Positions 62,640-64,000 of a DNA stretch of 64,000 nt are shown here, one piece after another. Made by a program: the position numbers and the translations under genes. Below the pieces are notes generated by a model. The model saw only the letters and a list, made by a program, of their open reading frames with translations. It did no database searches and was not told where the DNA came from. Position 1 is the stretch's first letter; the number at the start of each line of letters is the position of its first letter. Origin of the DNA: a candidate division CPR2 bacterium GW2011_GWC2_39_35 (GTDB taxonomy: Bacteria; Patescibacteriota; CPR2); the NCBI GenBank assembly GCA_000995065.1, contig LBWX01000001.1, forward strand, positions 223,563 through 287,562. The letters are read 5' to 3'.

Positions 62640-64000
62640 TATCCTACTATTTCGCCTCCAAAAATTTCAATTGATTTAGCTACGATGTCCGATTTTTTAT
62701 CTTCTTCCTTTTTCATTTTTTCGCCTTTTTTTAGAACACATTTTACCCTAAGCGGCTCGCCATAAACTTTTGCAATTGCTTTTTCCAAGATCATTTTATT
62801 TTTAACGTCTTCAATTCTTTCTTTATGAAATTGGTAAAGAAAAGCGAGTACTAGGACTCCCTTATCTATTTCCGGATCAGCTGCTTTTAAGAAAGCGTGA
62901 ACAGAGTGATTTGAAGATTTAATCTCCAAAAGAAGCTCTTCCCACTTGTTGGAACCCGTATCCGTTATCATTTCTTTGGATGACTTTTCGGACACTTTCT
63001 TTTCTATTATCCCCTCGTATATTTGACCGCGTATTGACATCCCGATTTTGACTAAGGCAATCTCTAAAGGTAATTGCGGCAGGGACGAGAGCTTACTTTG
63101 TTTTTCTACATTAGCAAGAATTTCCAATATGTCAATTAGTTCCCTTTCTGAGGTTGCATTCGAAACTTTTTCTAAGTACTCTTTAGGGATTTTTTCACTC
63201 TCCCTCCTTGCTAGCTTAAATAGAAAAACTTCCCTTAAAAACTCTAAAAGATTTTTTACAAATTGATTAACGTCACCGCCCCTCAAGACTAAGTCATTAA
63301 TTATATCTAATGGCTCTTTCGTTTTACCCTTTGCCATAAGTAAGGCAACATTGAATATTTGCTCTAAATCGGCCCGTCCAATAATAGATTTTATTTCCAT
63401 TTCAGTAATTTTTTTAGCGTTAAATGAGGAAACCTGATCAAGAAGAGAGATAGCATCTCTTAAACCGCCACTGGCTTCGACAGCAATCATTTCTAAGGCT
63501 TTTAATTCGTATTCAAATCCTTCTTTTTTAGAGATATCTTCCAAACGAGCTGTAATAAGCTTAGTGTTTATTCTTTCAAAATCAAATCTCTGACATCTGG
63601 AAATTATGGTATCGGGAACTTTGTGGATTTCGGTTGTCGCTAAAACAAAAATGGCGTGAGCTGGCGGCTCTTCCAAGGTCTTTAGAAGCGCATTAAAGGC
63701 TTCTTTGGTAAGCATATGGACTTCGTCTATTATAAAAACTTTGTATTTAGCTTGGTTCGGCGCAAATTTTATTTTATCTCTTAGATCCCTAATCTCATCA
63801 ATGCCCCTGTTAGACGCCGCGTCAATCTCTATCATATCGATGGCCTTGCCGTCAATAAAAGACTTGCACATCACGCATTTATTGCAAGCCTCACCCTTTT
63901 TTATGTCCTTACAATTAATGGTTTTGGCAAAGATTCTGGCAATCGAAGTTTTACCCACCCCTCTTGGGCCCGTAAAAAGATAGGCATGAGAAATTTGCCC
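62639..64000 (-). CDS. dnaX: DNA polymerase III subunit gamma/tau, 5'-partial (N-terminus beyond window end)
   Basis: minus-strand translation at window end reads ...ISHAYLFTGPRGVGKTSIARIFAK.. then Zn module C..C..C, box VII DEVHML, SRC-like region; stop overlaps dnaB start. Confidence 0.9.
   Translation of the reverse strand, partial: GQISHAYLFTGPRGVGKTSIARIFAKTINCKDIKKGEACNKCVMCKSFIDGKAIDMIEIDAASNRGIDEIRDLRDKIKFAPNQAKYKVFIIDEVHMLTKEAFNALLKTLEEPPAHAIFVLATTEIHKVPDTIISRCQRFDFERINTKLITARLEDISKKEGFEYELKALEMIAVEASGGLRDAISLLDQVSSFNAKKITEMEIKSIIGRADLEQIFNVALLMAKGKTKEPLDIINDLVLRGGDVNQFVKNLLEFLREVFLFKLARRESEKIPKEYLEKVSNATSERELIDILEILANVEKQSKLSSLPQLPLEIALVKIGMSIRGQIYEGIIEKKVSEKSSKEMITDTGSNKWEELLLEIKSSNHSVHAFLKAADPEIDKGVLVLAFLYQFHKERIEDVKNKMILEKAIAKVYGEPLRVKCVLKKGEKMKKEEDKKSDIVAKSIEIFGGEIVG

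Noticed and set aside
1-64000. CRISPR arrays, rRNA genes, transposases/integrases
   Set aside because: - No regularly spaced direct repeats of CRISPR type were seen.
- No rRNA-like conserved stretches were seen.
- No DDE/tyrosine-recombinase motifs were seen.
- The only repeat families found are the short palindromic elements described above.

Overview
This 64 kb window looks like a compact, AT-rich bacterial chromosome segment with tightly packed, often overlapping small genes. Gene content is consistent with a reduced-genome Patescibacteria/CPR-like or Firmicutes-like organism; that taxonomy is inference only. Most protein calls were made by reading motifs in the supplied translations. Boundaries of structured-RNA, repeat and ncRNA-candidate elements are approximate (about ±15 nt); site and hairpin coordinates were hand-counted against the position ruler.

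Housekeeping content:
- Translation and cell-cycle genes: der (5' partial) and pth, dprA and topA.
- A partial dcw cluster on the minus strand, mraZ-ftsL-ftsI-mraY-ftsW-murG-murC-ftsQ, with no rsmH, murD/E/F, ddl or ftsAZ.
- glyQS, recO, a lexA-dinB pair behind a Cheo-type SOS box, cysS, a class A PBP, recR, ybaB, dnaB and dnaX (partial at the window end).
- One tRNA, tRNA-Gln(UUG), at 49583..49657 on the minus strand.

Accessory or unusual content:
- A G+C-richer island (about 1.7-4.6 kb) with a bifunctional amidase_2+SLT peptidoglycan hydrolase, a coiled-coil membrane protein and long structured non-coding stretches.
- A roughly 100-nt G+C-rich palindromic element present in two inverted copies (about 4.38-4.48 kb and 10.02-10.11 kb).
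- A two-gene operon: a protein fusing sigma-70 region 4 to a HARE-HTH domain, followed by a membrane-anchored VirD4/TraD-like P-loop ATPase with a long disordered tail.
- A signalling locus: a cytoplasmic GAF/PAS histidine kinase, two paralogous single-domain response regulators, a rhomboid protease and a CBS-domain site-2 protease.
- A dense island of small hydrolases: three NUDIX, two MBL-fold, HD, cupin, GNAT, gpt and a nucleotide-kinase-like gene.
- A G+C-richer islet next to tRNA-Gln carrying a lone proB-like kinase, plus a structured G+C-rich RNA candidate that sits between the tRNA 3' end and a rho-independent terminator.
- A GtrA/GtrB/GT-C-type glycosylation cluster, including a GT2-GT-C fusion, inserted into the dnaX-dnaB...ybaB-recR region.

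No CRISPR array, rRNA gene or clear transposase was seen.
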